DNA from: Stegostoma tigrinum
Lineage: Eukaryota
Direction of reading: 5' to 3'
NCBI RefSeq assembly: GCF_030684315.1
Contig: NC_081354.1
Location: 105,582,426 to 105,646,425 of the forward strand
Length of the DNA stretch: 64,000 nt
The notes beneath the pieces were generated by a model. The model had not been told where the DNA came from. It did no database searches and saw only the letters and a program-made list of their open reading frames with translations. Positions 1-12,769 of the stretch are shown here, piece by piece (position 1 is the stretch's first letter; every line of letters begins with the position of its first letter). The translations under genes and the position numbers were made by a program.

Positions 1-1020
1 GATATTGATGTTGACAGTTTGTAATGAAGAGTGCATGTGGTTGAAAGTTTAGCAAGACAAGTGACTGGGGATGAAGGGATCAAACACAATCATTTCAATC
101 TTCCCAGTGTTTACGCAAAACCTACTGCAGCTCAGCCAAGACTAAGTGTTGGACAAATAATGTAACCACACAGAGGCAGTGGGAAGGTTGAGAGAGGTGG
201 TGTAGACTTCCAACTGTACATCATCAATGCACACAGGAAGACTGAGTCCCTTTCTACAGACAATATCACATGAACCATTGAAAGTTTCAAGATAGAGTGT
301 GGGGATAGGAACAGAAATGTTCGTTATGTTGGAGTTGCTCGATTCAGGTAAGTAAGAGTGAAACAAAAGTGAAGACAAATGCGCTGAGTTGCATTAGGGG
401 ATGCAATGAAGGAAATGTGGTTGACTATGTCAAAAGAGAGAGATATTGAGGACTGTGAGGGAAAATAATGAAACAAAGCTCCATAGTTTTCAAGCCAAAG
501 CAGCACTGAAGCTATTTGCAAAGTACAGCAAGGTTAAGAATATTTTGTGTATAGAATAATACGTATTCTATTGAATGGAGTGATCATTTTGCTATGTAAG
601 GTGGAATCTCATAGTTATGTCGATGGATCTTTAACATTTTGTTATTGTGCATAGCCCGTTCACAATTTATGGAGTGCATCTGGCCCTCTGTTCAATAAAT
701 AGCAATATTTTATCATTATATAAACAGCAAATTTTGAAACATTAGTGAATACTTATTCACTTTTCTGCTGACTTCAAATGAAAGGTGGTATTTGAACCTT
801 AACCAGTCTTTCCCTCTCACGTGCTAATTCCCATTTTTTGCTGCAATTTTTATTGTAAACACATTTCAAGTTGATAATATGAACATTTATCAGGTAGGTA
901 ATGATGTATAAGGAAATTCAGAAAAAGTTCATGGAATTTTGATATTCATGAGGAGAAAAAGGCTTTTCTTTCCAATTAATATTAATTGTTTTAGCAAGTT
1001 CAGTGTTCTCAGTGATATAA

Positions 1021-1215
1021 AGTCAGAACTCACAGACACTAGGTTACAGTCCAGCAGGTTTATTTGAAATCACAAGCTTTTGGAGCACTGCTTCTTCGTC
1101 AGGTGCTGCTCCTTCAGGTGCACTAAAAGCTTGTGTTTTCAAATTAACCTGTTGGGCTATAACCTGGTGCCATGTGCCTTCTGAGTTTGTCCACCCCAGT
1201 CTAATACAAGCTCTT
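1021..1215. mobile_element. Short palindromic Penelope-derived element (family C) with degenerate hammerhead core
   Basis: Arms 1025-1080 and 1125-1185 are imperfect inverted repeats (e.g. caggtttatttgaaatcacaagcttt / aaagcttgtgttttcaaattaacctg). The minus strand at 1071-1105 reads CAC CTGACGA A GAAGC AGT GCTCC AAAA GCTT GTG. A related copy lies at 58940-59075. Confidence 0.6.
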
Positions 1216-1271
1216 CCATCTCATTGATATAACACAAAATGTTTGGAAAGTCATCAGCCATATTCACTCAC

Positions 1272-1390
1272 ACATAAAGTCTCCCATGATGCTAATCCCG
1301 AGACTGATGCGGTTGTACTTCATTGTGTGGGCTCCAACCTTGGTCCATCCACGGCCTTCGTAAATGTTTCCATCTTCGCCGATGATGAAA
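1272..1390 (-). CDS. Short peptidoglycan recognition protein, coding exon 3 (N)[39 protein letters not shown]; the gene continues off the left edge
   Basis: Acceptor ctctcatgcag|T at 1391-1392 and donor T|gtgagt at 1271-1270. Phase 2 joins AA|T (Asn) with the upstream exon. YEGRGW..VGAH and N..SLGI are PGRP/Amidase_2 hallmark motifs. Confidence 0.93.
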
Positions 1391-1574
1391 CTGCATGAGA
1401 GGAAGACATGATCTTTTACAGGGGCATTTTCCTTTGAAAAACAATTGTGGACATATCTAACTTTAAAAATTAGAACAATTTATAATTGTAAATTTATAAA
1501 ACATTAGTTACATTATTCTACAAATCAACCATATTACACAGCAGCAAAAGATTCCTCATAACTAAAATAAATAA

Positions 1575-2160
1575 GAACATAATATTAAAAAAATAGGAGC
1601 AGGAATAGGCCATCAGGCCCCTTTGAGCCTGCTTGACCATTCAGTAAGATCATGGGTGATCTTTTCATGGGCTCAGCTCCACTTACTTGTCCATTCAACA
1701 TATCTTTAATTCCTTTGCTGTTCAAATATCTCTCTACCTACCTACCTTTGCCTTAAAAACATTGAACAAAGCAACCTCAACTGCTTCACTGGGCAGGGAA
1801 TTCCACAGATTAACAACGCTTTGGCTGAAGAAGTTCCTCCTCAACTCAATAAGAAATCTGCTCCACCTTTGAGGCTATGAGCCTGATTCTAGTTTCACCC
1901 ACCAGTGGATCAACCACCCTGCTTCTATCTTATCTATTCCCTTCATAATTTTACATGTTTCTATAAGATCCCCTCCCATTCTTCTAAATTCCAATGAGTA
2001 TAGTCCCAGTTTACTCAATCTCTCCTCATAAGCCAATCCACTCAATTCCAGAGTCAATCTAATGAACCGCGTCTGCACCCCTTCCAGTGGCAGTACATCC
2101 TTTCTCAGGTAAGGAGACCAAAGCTGTACACAGTACTCCAGATGTGGCCTCACCAGTACC
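1575..2160 (-). mobile_element. CR1-clade LINE 3' fragment
   Basis: ORF 1875-2162 LVRPHLEYCVQLWSPYLRKD...YEERL..LGLYSLE is the CR1 ORF2 C-terminus, followed by the tail ending in (ttcttat)-like repeats. Confidence 0.88.
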
Positions 2161-2319
2161 AAAAATAGTACTATTTACTGAAAAGCTGGAGACTTCTCAT
2201 GAAGCTGTACTGAACTCTTAGTCCCCACACAACACCACCATATAAGAATACTCAGTTGTTCATGTTGCTGTGAATAAACTGATTGCTACTTCTGCCTATG
2301 CAACAGCTGAAACTTCAAA

Positions 2320-3000
2320 AGTCATTTGTGTAAGACATGTGAGGTTGTTTCTTTTGGTTATAAGAATAGAGTAACATTTTTTAAAAATGACACAAAACTT
2401 GTAAATGTTGATGTTCTGAAGGACTTGCATCTACTTTTGCAAATAATACAGGACGTTGCCATACATGTACAGCCAACAAATAGAAAGGCAAGAGTGGTTT
2501 GGACATTATTGCAAGCAGATTAGAGTATAAGAATAAAGAAATCTTGCTACAAGTGTGTTGGAGTTCATTGGGACCACACTTGGATTACTGGGTGCAATTT
2601 TAGCATTCACGTTCAAGGCAGGATATAATTGCCTGAAGATGGTCCAGCCAAAGGGTCGCTTCTTGGATTGTGAATCTTGCTTTTAATGAAAGACTGGTTA
2701 AAAAGGTCCTATCAACTCTGAATTTTGGAAGAATGAGAGGTGGTCATGTTGAAACATATAAGATTCTGAAGAGGTTTCACAGGTTAGACATGGGCAGTTT
2801 TTACTGGCAGTGGAATCTGGAACATTGCGTTACATTCCTTGGCTAAGTGCTGATCATTTAGGTCTCAGATGAAGAGCAATTTCTTCACAAAAATGGTTTT
2901 GAATCCTTGAAAATCTTAATCCTAAATGTCCTTTATCACCGAGTATGTTTAAAACTGAGATGGCCCAATTCGTGGTAAGTCAGAGAATCCAAGGACATAG
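2320..3000 (+). mobile_element. Old, decayed CR1-like LINE fragment
   Basis: KTCEVVSFGYKN, remnants of PHLDY..QF and gaagaatgagaggtggtc motifs of CR1 ORF2 with many stops. Confidence 0.7.
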
Positions 3001-3009
3001 AAAGATAAA

Positions 3010-3730
3010 GAGAAGAGATTTACCAGGATTTTGCTGGGAACGGAATGTTTAAGTTATAGGCAGAGGCTGGATAGATTGGGACTTCTTTCACTGGAGCATA
3101 GGAGGTGGAGAGGTGACTTCATAGAGAGCCAAGCAGCATCAGAGGAGCAGGAAAGCTGACGTTTCATGCCTAGGCGCTTCTTCAGAAATAGGGAGGGGAA
3201 GGGGATTCTGAAATATATATGGAGAGAGGGGGAGCCGGATAGAAGATGGATAAAGAAGAAGATAGGTGCAGCAGGCCCGAATTGTCAGCTTTCCTGCTCC
3301 TCTAATGCTGCTTGGCCTGCTGTGTTCATCCAGCTCCACACCTTGTTATATCAGATTCTCCAGCATCGGCAGTTCCTACCATCTCTGACCTTATACAGAT
3401 TTATAAAATCATGAGGTGTATAGATAAGATGAATGGCAGGTTTCTTTTCTGTAGGGTGGGAGATTTCAAGACTTGGGGATTAGATTTGAACAAGACATGA
3501 GGGGCAACTTTTCTTTAAATAGACAGAGAGTGGTTCCTGTGTGGAATGAACCTCCAGAGGAAATGGTGAATGCAGGTACAGTTACAATGTTTAAAAGGCA
3601 TTTAGATAAGTACATGAATAAGAAATATTAGGAGAAATATGATCCAAGCACAGGCAGGTGGGAAGAGTTTAGTTTGAGATTATAGTCAGCATGGGGGTCT
3701 ATTTCAGTGTTATATGAGTGTATGACTATG
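3010..3730 (+). mobile_element. CR1-like LINE 3' fragment interrupted by a Penelope-derived element at about 3127-3386
   Basis: CR1 sequence (aagagatttaccagga...gagaggtgacttcatagag) resumes after 3386 (gaccttatacagatttataaaatcatgagg) and ends in a tatgactatgact tail. Confidence 0.75.
3127..3386. mobile_element. Short palindromic Penelope-derived element (family A)
   Basis: gccaagcagcatcagaggagcaggaaagctgac is inverted as gtcagctttcctgctcctctaatgctgcttggc. Same terminal repeat as the GIY-YIG-bearing copies elsewhere in the window. Confidence 0.75.
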
Positions 3731-4954
3731 ACTCTAAGTGCAAGAGGGAAATATAGGAGATGCATAGATATCTCAGAAGCTTTTTGGGCTGGTGGAGATT
3801 ACAGACACTGAGAGAGTTGATGAACAGGATTTGGTGTGATCTAGGACACAAGCAGCAAGACCTCAGATTATGCAAGGCCAGATGCAGAGGCCAACCTGGA
3901 TTGCATAGGAAGAAGATAGAATGAAGGAATAAAGGGGTGGAAATGGGCTTCAAAGAAGGTAAGCTGAGACAGGGATGAAATTGGAAGTAGGTGGTGAAAA
4001 TAGACCCATTGGTCATGGTAGAAATATACGGCTGAAAGCTAAATTTGATGTCAATGAGACCAAATTTACAAACAATTTTATTTGGCTTCAGACAGTAACC
4101 AGGGATATGGAGTTGACAGCTAGAGAATGGAGTTTGTGATCATGTCCAAAGATGATGTCTTTTGTTTCCCTGATAGTTAATCAAATGTGCAACCTGACTA
4201 TTTCGAGACAGTGTGGAGTTGAGCGAGCTGATGGGGAAATAAAGCTTGCATATGGAGATTGTATTTTGCAGGCAGTCTAGAGAGGTCAAATAGGAGGGGA
4301 CCAAGGAAAGGTCCTTGAAGGGCATTGGAGGTATCAGTGCAGGAAGAAATGCTATGGAAGATGGAGCATCAGTCACATTATTTATAAAACAATATAAACC
4401 ACAAACAGTGGGGAAGAAATCAAGGTTGCAATTTGTAAATGGATTAAAGTTTTGCATTAACAATGGCGTTATAATTCCAGATTTTGTAATGAAAGGGCTG
4501 TGTTTTTAAAGGGTATTCAGAATAGTGTTGCCATTCAAAATGTTACTACTCCAATAAGAATGAAAACTTGACTAACTTCTATGTAATATTGCAAATAAAG
4601 ATATAATCTGAAAGTTAAGGCACATTTATGAAAGAATTACAGTCTGTTGTTAAAGTCAGAAGAGGGAACGCGCAATTAGGACAAAGATATTTGACTGAAA
4701 TAAAATTACAAATTATAATGAGACAAAAAGGGAATTTACGCAGATTAAATTGAAATAAACATTAGTAACTAGATCTGCAGATCAAGGAATTAGAAAGGGT
4801 GCAAAGGAAATACATTCCATTAAGTAAAAGAAGAATAATATCAAAGTCTCAGACTCCATGGTATCTAGACAATTCAAACCTGAAAATCAGTTTTAGTGTT
4901 TACAGGAAAACCAACGAAAATGAAACGGAGCAAACAGCAGAATACAGAATTTAT

Positions 4955-5283
4955 TAGAATAGTAGATTAGACTCCCTACAGTGTGGAAACAGGTCCTTCA
5001 GCCCAACAAGTCCACACTGCCCCTTGAAGCATCCCACCCAGAACCAGACTCCTACCCCTATGACCCACACACCCCTGAACACTGTGGGCAATTTAGCATG
5101 GCCGATCCACCTAGCCTGCACATCTTTGGACTGTGGGAGGAAACCGGAGAACCCGGAGGAAACCCACGCAGACACAGGGAGAATGTGCAAACTCCACACA
5201 GACAGTTACCTGAGGCTGGAATCGAACCCGGGTCCTTGGTGCTGTGAGGCTGCAGTGCTAACCACTGAGACACCATGCCACCC
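4955..5283 (-). mobile_element. tRNA-derived V-SINE (HE1-like shark SINE)
   Basis: Minus strand has A/B-box head (cagtggttagcactgcagcctcacag...gggttcgattcc), V-domain (tgtgtggagtttgcacattctccc...ggtttcctcccacagtccaaagatg) and a CR1-like tail. Near-identical copies at 53697 and 60145. Confidence 0.88.
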
Positions 5284-6889
5284 AAAGTAAAAGAAGAAAA
5301 TTCAACAAACTGGAAAGAGTGGCAAAATCTTGCAGCAGATTTTAGGGAGCTTGGAAAGAGAGCATTAAGTAGCATCTCAAAAGTCATAGTCTTCAGATTA
5401 TTCCTGATGTCATCCACCGGAGCGTGTGAATGTGTCACTCCAGGCTTGGGAGGAAGGCTTTAAATTCCTGGAACACCAGAACTATTTCTGAACAAGGCCA
5501 ATCTCTACAAGCCATGTGGGTGACTCAAACAGAGCCAGGTCCAATTTCCTTGCAGGACAATTCGCTGATCCTGTTGAGGAGGCTTAAACTAATCTGAAAG
5601 GGAATGGCAACTGGAATGTAACATTAAAAAGTCAATACAAACTCCATGAAAGATTGGGAAAAACATTCAGCACCACAAATAAAGAAGGTAAGTTATGTGG
5701 ATTCTGGCTGTGAGGTAATGCACAAAATTTAAATTAACTTTAGAGAATATCCACAAATGCATAAAAATAGGGAAAAAGAAAGCTTGATGAGCTGCAGGTG
5801 TAAAGAGACATTTGGGAATATGATGTTTTAAGGATAATAGAGAATTAGTTCAATGAATGTCATGTCTGGGTTAGGTGTTAAGGAATAATGGTAAGAAGAA
5901 AGAAGCGGTATCTGTAACAATAAAGGAGGACATTGCTGCAGAGAGAGAACATTTTGGAGGAATCAGAACTGAATCTATTTGGTTTGAGTTAAGAAACAAG
6001 TGACATATTGTTTGCTTTATGTATTCTATAGGTCATCAACTAGTAGGAAAGACTTCAGAGAGCATTCATGTTTATTTATTCAGGGGTGATAGCGTTGATG
6101 GCAAGACCAGCATTTATTGCCCATTCCTAATGGCCTTTGAGAAGCAGCTAGCGGGCTGCTTTCTTGAATTGCTGCAGCCCATGTGCTATAGGGACAGTCA
6201 CAATGCTGTTAGGGAGAAAGTTTGAGAATTTTGGCCCAGGGAAGTTATAGAGAAATGCAAAAAAAAAAATGGGGAGGACTTCCCAGATAGCAGCATTTCC
6301 TGTACCACCACCACCAGCAGTTAACAAGGAACGTAGCCATTGACCACAGCTATATACGCCTCTGAGTTTAAATGCCTCTCATTTATGCAGAGGTGCCAGC
6401 AGATGTCAGTTAATCGACAAGCTCAGCAGTGCCAGTGCAGCAGTGCCCAGACTAAAATTGTCAGCAGGTTAGTCAGGCAGGTAGGAAGCAGCAGGAAAGC
6501 CACCCAGGGAATTTTACTGACCTTAACTTCTGCAAATACGTGGGCAAATTTCTGCCCACTGACCTGTAAGAATGGAGATATCTTTAACAATTAAATTTTG
6601 CCAATCATAGCCAAAATCTTTGATGTGGTGCATGTTTTCAATGAGCAAGTACGTTTGGAATTTGAGGGTAGGACTCGCCCCCACACATTTAATGAAACCA
6701 GTTCTCTCCATCAAACACAGGCAAAACCAGGCCTAATATTTCCGTATTTTCAAATCAAGGCTCAAATGTTCATGGAAACCGTTACTGCAAATCCAGAGAA
6801 AACTCATCCTGAATCAGCTCAAGCTGTGAAACATTCACATTTTCTGGAATGACAAATGAAAAAAGTTGAAGATTTTCTCAGGGACTTAC

Positions 6890-7091
6890 TTGTAGCCAAT
6901 GTCACACCATTTCTTTTCCTGCATATGGTAATATTCGATGTTCCGCAGTTGCCTCTTACAATCGACCATGTTGAAGCAGCGGTTACCAGCAGTGTGGTGA
7001 ATCACAGCGTACGGACGTGAGGGTAACAGTTTGTCGACACAATGAGAAGTACGTGTGGACCATTCAGAACGCTTTATAATCGGTGGGCAGC
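6890..7091 (-). CDS. Short peptidoglycan recognition protein, coding exon 2 (G)CPPIIKRSEW...VIHHTAG..C....C...HMQEKKWCDIGY(N)
   Basis: Acceptor ttctcatag|GC and donor TACAA|gtaagt. Contains II.R.EW, VIHHT (Zn ligand His) and WCDIGYN, all canonical PGRP motifs. Confidence 0.93.
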
Positions 7092-10000
7092 CTATGAGAA
7101 ATGTGGGGGAAGACATAAATATTAAAATCACAGATTGAAACAGTTTAATCAAATGCCATTCAGTCCCTTGTCTTGTGTCAGCACTTTGAAGCAATAAGCA
7201 GTTCATAGAGTCATACAGTGTGGAAACAGGCCCTTCGGCCCAAACTGGTCCATGCTGACCATGGTGCCCATTCAGCTAGTTCTAATTGCCCACATTTGGT
7301 CCAAATCCCTCTAACCCTTCCCATCAATGTACCTAACCAAATGGTTTTTAAATGTTCCTTTTGTACCTGTTTCAACCACTATCCCTGGTACCCCATTGCA
7401 TATACATACTACTGTCTACATAAAGAAGTTGCTCCTCAGGTCCTTCTTAAATCTTTCCCCTCTCATCTTAAACCTATGCCCTCTAGTTTCCAATTCACCA
7501 TCACTGGGAAAAAGGCTTCAATTCATTCTATCTATGCCCCTCATGATTTTATACACCTCAATCATGACTATCCCCCTCATGATTTTATACACCTCAATCT
7601 CTGACTATCCACTCAAACTACGCCTCTGATCATCTTGTAAACCTCTATCAAGTCACATCTCATCCTTCGTTACTCCAATGAGAAAAGCCCTAGCTTCCTT
7701 AACCTTTCCTCATAAGACCTGCCCTCCAGCCCAGGTAGCATCCTGGTAAATACCCTCTGCACCCTCTCAAAAGCTTCCATATCCTTCCTATAATGAGGCA
7801 ACCAAAACTGAACACAATATTCCAAGTGTGGTCTAACCAGGGTTTCATAGAGCTGCAGCATGACCTCGCAGCTCTTAAACTCAATGCCCTTGCCAATGAA
7901 AACCAACACACTATACGCCTTCTTAACAACCCTATCAACATGGGTAGCAAATTTAAGGGAGCTATGGACGCAGACCGCAAGGTCCTTCTGTTCCTCCACG
8001 CTGCCAAGAATCTGTCATTAACCCTCTGCATTCAAATTTGACTTTCCAAAATGAATCACTTCACACTTTTCCAAGTTGAATTCTACCTGCCACTTCTTTG
8101 CCCAGCTCTGTACCCTGTCCATGTCCCATTGCAACCTACAACAGCTCTCCATGCTATCCACAACTCCACCAACATTCATGTCATCAGCAAACTTCCTCAC
8201 CCAAGTCATTTATAAAGATCACAAAGAGCAGAGGTCCCAGAACAGATCCCTGTGGAACTCCACTGGTCACCAAGCTCCAGGCTGAATACTTTCCATCCAC
8301 TACTCTTCTACTGGACAGCCAGTTTTGTGTCCAGATAGCCGAATTGCCCTGAATCCGATGCCTCCTTACTTTCTGAATGAGCCTACCATGGGAAACCTTA
8401 TCAAATGCCTGGCTAAAGTCCATATACACCACATCCACTGCTCTACCTTCACCAGTGTGTTTTGTCACATCCTCAAGGAATTCAATAAGGCTTGTGAGGC
8501 ATGACCTGCCCCTCACAAAGCCATGCTGACTATTTCTAATCAAACTGTGCTTTTCCCAATAATTATAAATACCATCACTCAGAATCCTCTCCAATAATTT
8601 GCCCACCACAAAAGTAAGACTGATTGGTCTATAATTCCCAGAATTACCCCTATTCCCTTTCTTGAACGAGGGACTGGCATTTGCCACCCTCCGATCATCT
8701 AGTACTACTTCAGTGGAGAGTGAGAATGTAAAGATCATCACCAAAGAGGCAACAATCTCTTTGCTCACTTCCTGTATATAACCTTGGATATATCCCATCT
8801 GGCCCAGGGGATTTATCTACCCTCATGTTTTTCAAAACTTCTAGCACATCCTCCTTCCTGATATCAACCTGTTTGAACATATCTGTCTGTTTCACACTGT
8901 CCTCACAAACATCAAGGTCTTTCTGACCGGTGAATACTGAAGTAAAGTATTCCTCCGCCTCCTCCAACACTGTGCACAAGTTCCCTCCACTATCCCTGAT
9001 CGGCCCTACACTCACTCTGGCCATCCTCTTGTTCCTCACATAAGCATAGAACGCCTTGGGGTTTCCTTAATCCTACTCACCAAGGCTTTTTCATACCCCC
9101 TTCTAGCTCTCCTAAGTCCATTCTTCAGTTCCTTCCTGGCTACCTTATAGCCCTGTACAGCCTTGTCCAATCCTTGCTTCCTCAACTTTAAGTAACCTTC
9201 TTCCTCTTGACTAGATGTTTCACTTGTCTTGTAAGCCAAGGTTCCTTCACCTTACCAAGCCTTTCTTGCCTCAGTGGGACAAATCTATCCAGCACTCATA
9301 GCAAGTGCTCCATATTTCTGTTGTGCATTTCCCGATTTATGTTCTGCAGTTCTGGCCTAATAGCATTGTAATTCCTCCTCCCCCAATTACATACTTTCCC
9401 TTACCTCCTGCTCCTACCCCTCTCCATGACTATAGTAAATGTGAGGGAGTTATGATCACTATCACCGAAATGCACTCCCGCCAAGAGATCTGACACCTGA
9501 CTTGGTTCATTGCCAAGCACCAAACCCATTATGGCCTCCCCTCTAGTCAGCCTATCTCCATATTGAGTCAGAAATCCTTCCTGGAGACACCTGACAAAAT
9601 CTGCTCCATCCAAACTATTTGCACTTAGGAGGTTCCAATCTATAATACAGTTACCTGTAACAACAACCCTATTATTATCTACACTTTTCCACAATCTGTT
9701 TCCTAACCTGTTCCTCAGTGTCTCTGTTGCTACTGGGGTTCCCTCAATAAACTCCCTATAAAGTGACTGCTCCTTTCCTGTTTGGGACTTCTACCAATCC
9801 TGACTCAGTCGACAAACCTTCTTCAACCTCCATTTCTACAGCTGTGATACCATCATTAGCAATGCCCCTCCCCCACCTCTTTTACCTCCCTCCCTATTTC
9901 TTTTGAAACATCTATACCCCGGAACATCCAACAACCATTCCTGCCCCTGTGTTACCCAAGTCTCCGTTATGGCCAGAGCATTGTAGCCACAAGCATTACT

Positions 10001-10996
10001 CCATGCTCTAAGTCCATCACCCTTATTCCTGACATTTCTTGCACTAAAATAGACACAGTTCAACCCATTGCATTGGCTGCAACTTTGCTTTGACAACTGT
10101 CTATCCCACCTCACAGACTCTCTGCATGCTGTATCTGTCTGTACACCAGCTACCCCATCCTCTGATCCGTAGCTCCGGTTCCCATCCCTAGTTTAAACAT
10201 TCCCGAAGCACTCTAGCAAACACCTCCTGCCCAGGATATTGGTCCCCCTCCAGTTCAGGTGCAACCTGCCCTTCCTGTACAGGTCCCACCTTCCCCAGAC
10301 GGTATCTCAATGATCCACATATCTGAAGCACTCCCTCCTAAACCAGCTCATTGACCACGTGCTCAGCTGCACTTGCTCTCTTTTCCGAGCCTCATTAGTG
10401 CGTGGCACCGATAGTAATCCTGACATTACTACTCTGCTTGTCCTGACTTCCAGCTTACAATCTAACTCCCTATATTCACTTTTCAGGTCCTCATCTCTTT
10501 TCCTAGTTATGTCATTGGTATCGATGTGTACTACAACTTCTGGCTGCTCATCCTCCCCTTTAAGAATCCTGTAGACTCGATCCGAGACAGCTCTGACCGT
10601 GGCACCCGGGAGGCAACATACATCTGGGAGCCTCTATCAGGACCACAGAATTTCCTGTCTGTTCCCTTAACCATCTAATCTCCCATCACTATCGCTCTCC
10701 TATTCTCCCTTCTTCCCTAACCACAAGGTCAGGTTCACTGCCAAAGATCTGGCCTCAGTGACTTTCCCCTGGTAGGTCATCACCCCCAAAGTATCCAAAG
10801 TGGTATATTTATTATTGAGGGGAACAGCCACAGGGAATCCCTGCACAGTTTGCCTATTCCTTTTCTCTCTCCTGATGGTCACCCAACGACCTTTATCCTG
10901 TAACTTAGGTGAGACTACTTCCCGTAACTCCTCTCTATCACCCCCCCCAATCCAGCTCCAACTCCGGTTCCCTAACACGGTCTGTGAGGAGCTGGA

Positions 10997-12351
10997 TAAA
11001 CCAAGGGTCTAGGCCCAAAACGTCAGCTTTTGTGCTACATAGAACATTACAGCACAGTACAGGCCCTTCGGCCCTCGATGTTGTGCCGAACTGTCAAACC
11101 AATCTCAAGCCCATCTAACCTACACTATTCCATGTACGTCCATATGCTTGTCCAATGACGATTTAAATGTACCTAAAGTTGGCGAATCTACTACCGTTGC
11201 AGGCAAAGCGTTCCATACCCTTACTACTCTCTGAGTAAAGAAACTACCTCTGACATCTGTCCTATATCTTTCACCCCTCAATTTAAAGCTATGCCCCCTC
11301 GTGCTCGCTGTCACCATCCTAGGAAAAAGGCTTTCCCTATCCACCCTATCTAACCCTCTGATTATTCTATATGTTTCAATTAAGTCACCTCTCAACCTTC
11401 TTCTCTCTAACAAAAACAGCCTCAAGTCCCTCAGCCTTTCCTCATAAGACCTTCCCTCCATACCAAGCAACATCCTACTAAATCTCCTCTGCACCCTTTC
11501 CAAAGCTTCCACATCCTTCTTATAATGCGGTGATCAGAACTGTACACAATACTCCAAGTGCGGCCGCACCAGAGTTTTGTACAGCTTCACCATAACCTCT
11601 TGGTTCCGGAACTCGATCCCTCTATTAATAAAAGCTAAAACACTGTATGCCTTCTTAACAGCCCTGTCAACCTGGGTGGCAACTTTCAAGGATCTGTGTA
11701 CATGAAAACCGAGATCTCTCTGCTCATCTACACTACTAAGAATCTTACCATTAGCCCTGAACTTTGCCTTCTGGTTACTCCTACCGAAGTGCATCACCTC
11801 ACACTTGTCTGCATTAAACTCCATTTGCCACCTCTCAGCCCAGCTCTGCAGCTTATCTATGTCTCTCTGCAACCTACAGCAGCCTTCGTCACTATCCACA
11901 ACTCCCCCGACCTTAGTGTCGAATGCAAATTTACTAACCCATCCTTCTACGCCCTCATCCAGGTCATTTATAAAAATGACAAACAGCAGTGGACCCAACA
12001 CCGACCCTTGTGGTACACCACTAGTAACTGGTCTCCAGGATGAACATTTCCCATCAACTACCACCCTCTGTCTTCTTTTGGCAAGCCAATTTCCGATCCA
12101 AACTGCTATATCTCCCACAATTCCATTCCTCTTCCTTTTTTACAATAGCCTATTGTGGGGAACCTTATCGAACACCTTGCTGAAATCCATATACACCACA
12201 TCAACCGGTTTACTCTCATCTACCTGTTCGGTCATCTTCTCAAAGAACTCAATAAGATGCTCCTAAGATGCTGCATGGCCTGCTGTGTTCATCCAGCCCC
12301 ACACTTTGTTATCTTGAATTCTCCAGCATCTGAAGTTCCCATTATCTTTTA
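10997..12351 (+). mobile_element. Penelope-derived short element (family A) with 16-bp target-site duplication, split by a younger LINE
   Basis: TSD tctgtgaggagctgga at 10981-10996 and 12352-12367. The terminal repeat aagggtctaggcccaaaacgtcagcttttgtgct resumes as gctcctaagatgctg at about 12258. Confidence 0.8.
11037..12256 (-). mobile_element. Young 5'-truncated CR1-clade LINE (RT and 3' tail)
   Basis: ORFs 11534-12118 and 11120-11512 give nearly continuous CR1 RT/C-terminus with one stop. The tail is near-identical to 29468-29815. Confidence 0.92.
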
Positions 12352-12769
12352 TCTGTGAGGAGCTGGAGTTGGGTGCACTTCTCGCAGGTGAAGTCAGGGC
12401 ACACCCGCAGTGATCCTTACCTCCCACATCCTACAAAAGGAGCATGAACTGCCCTAGCTTCCATCCCCTCTACTCTAGATTGCTAAAAAGAGATAAAAAG
12501 AAAAAAAAGCTTACCTTACCGACCCTCCACACAATCTTTTTTTCCCATTAGAGGAGGAGAATAGGTGGGAGACACTACATGTGTCATGTTTTGGGTTCAG
12601 CTACTGCCCGACTATTTAGTTCACTTGCCCAGCAGTCCCCGTGTCCATGTTTGCTCCTGCTGACCATTCGCTCCGCCTATTCACGAAGCAAGTTTTTTAT
12701 AAGGAAACCTTATTGGCCTGGCTGCCCGCAGCTCATGCTCCCACCACTCCTACTGCTGAAATAGAGTAA

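Larger units (their letters stand above)
7205..12700 (-). mobile_element. Near full-length decayed CR1-clade LINE (ORF1 esterase-like, APE endonuclease, RT) carrying nested insertions at 10997-12351
   Basis: Fragments in order: ORF1-like (10300-10980, 12370-12600), endonuclease (LNCVYFSARN..AITETW, HFGDSDHN), RT ([44 protein letters not shown]), C-terminus and tail at about 7205. Confidence 0.9.

Noticed and set aside
5210-5283. tRNA-like sequences (also about 53950-54018, 60390-60460, 52654-52740)
   Set aside because: These are the Pol III heads of SINEs, joined to SINE bodies and tails; no complete cloverleaf.
6886-7206. Bacterial or phage amidase by horizontal transfer or contamination
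   Set aside because: The domain is split by canonical GT-AG introns with matching phases and has animal PGRP cysteines and a signal exon.
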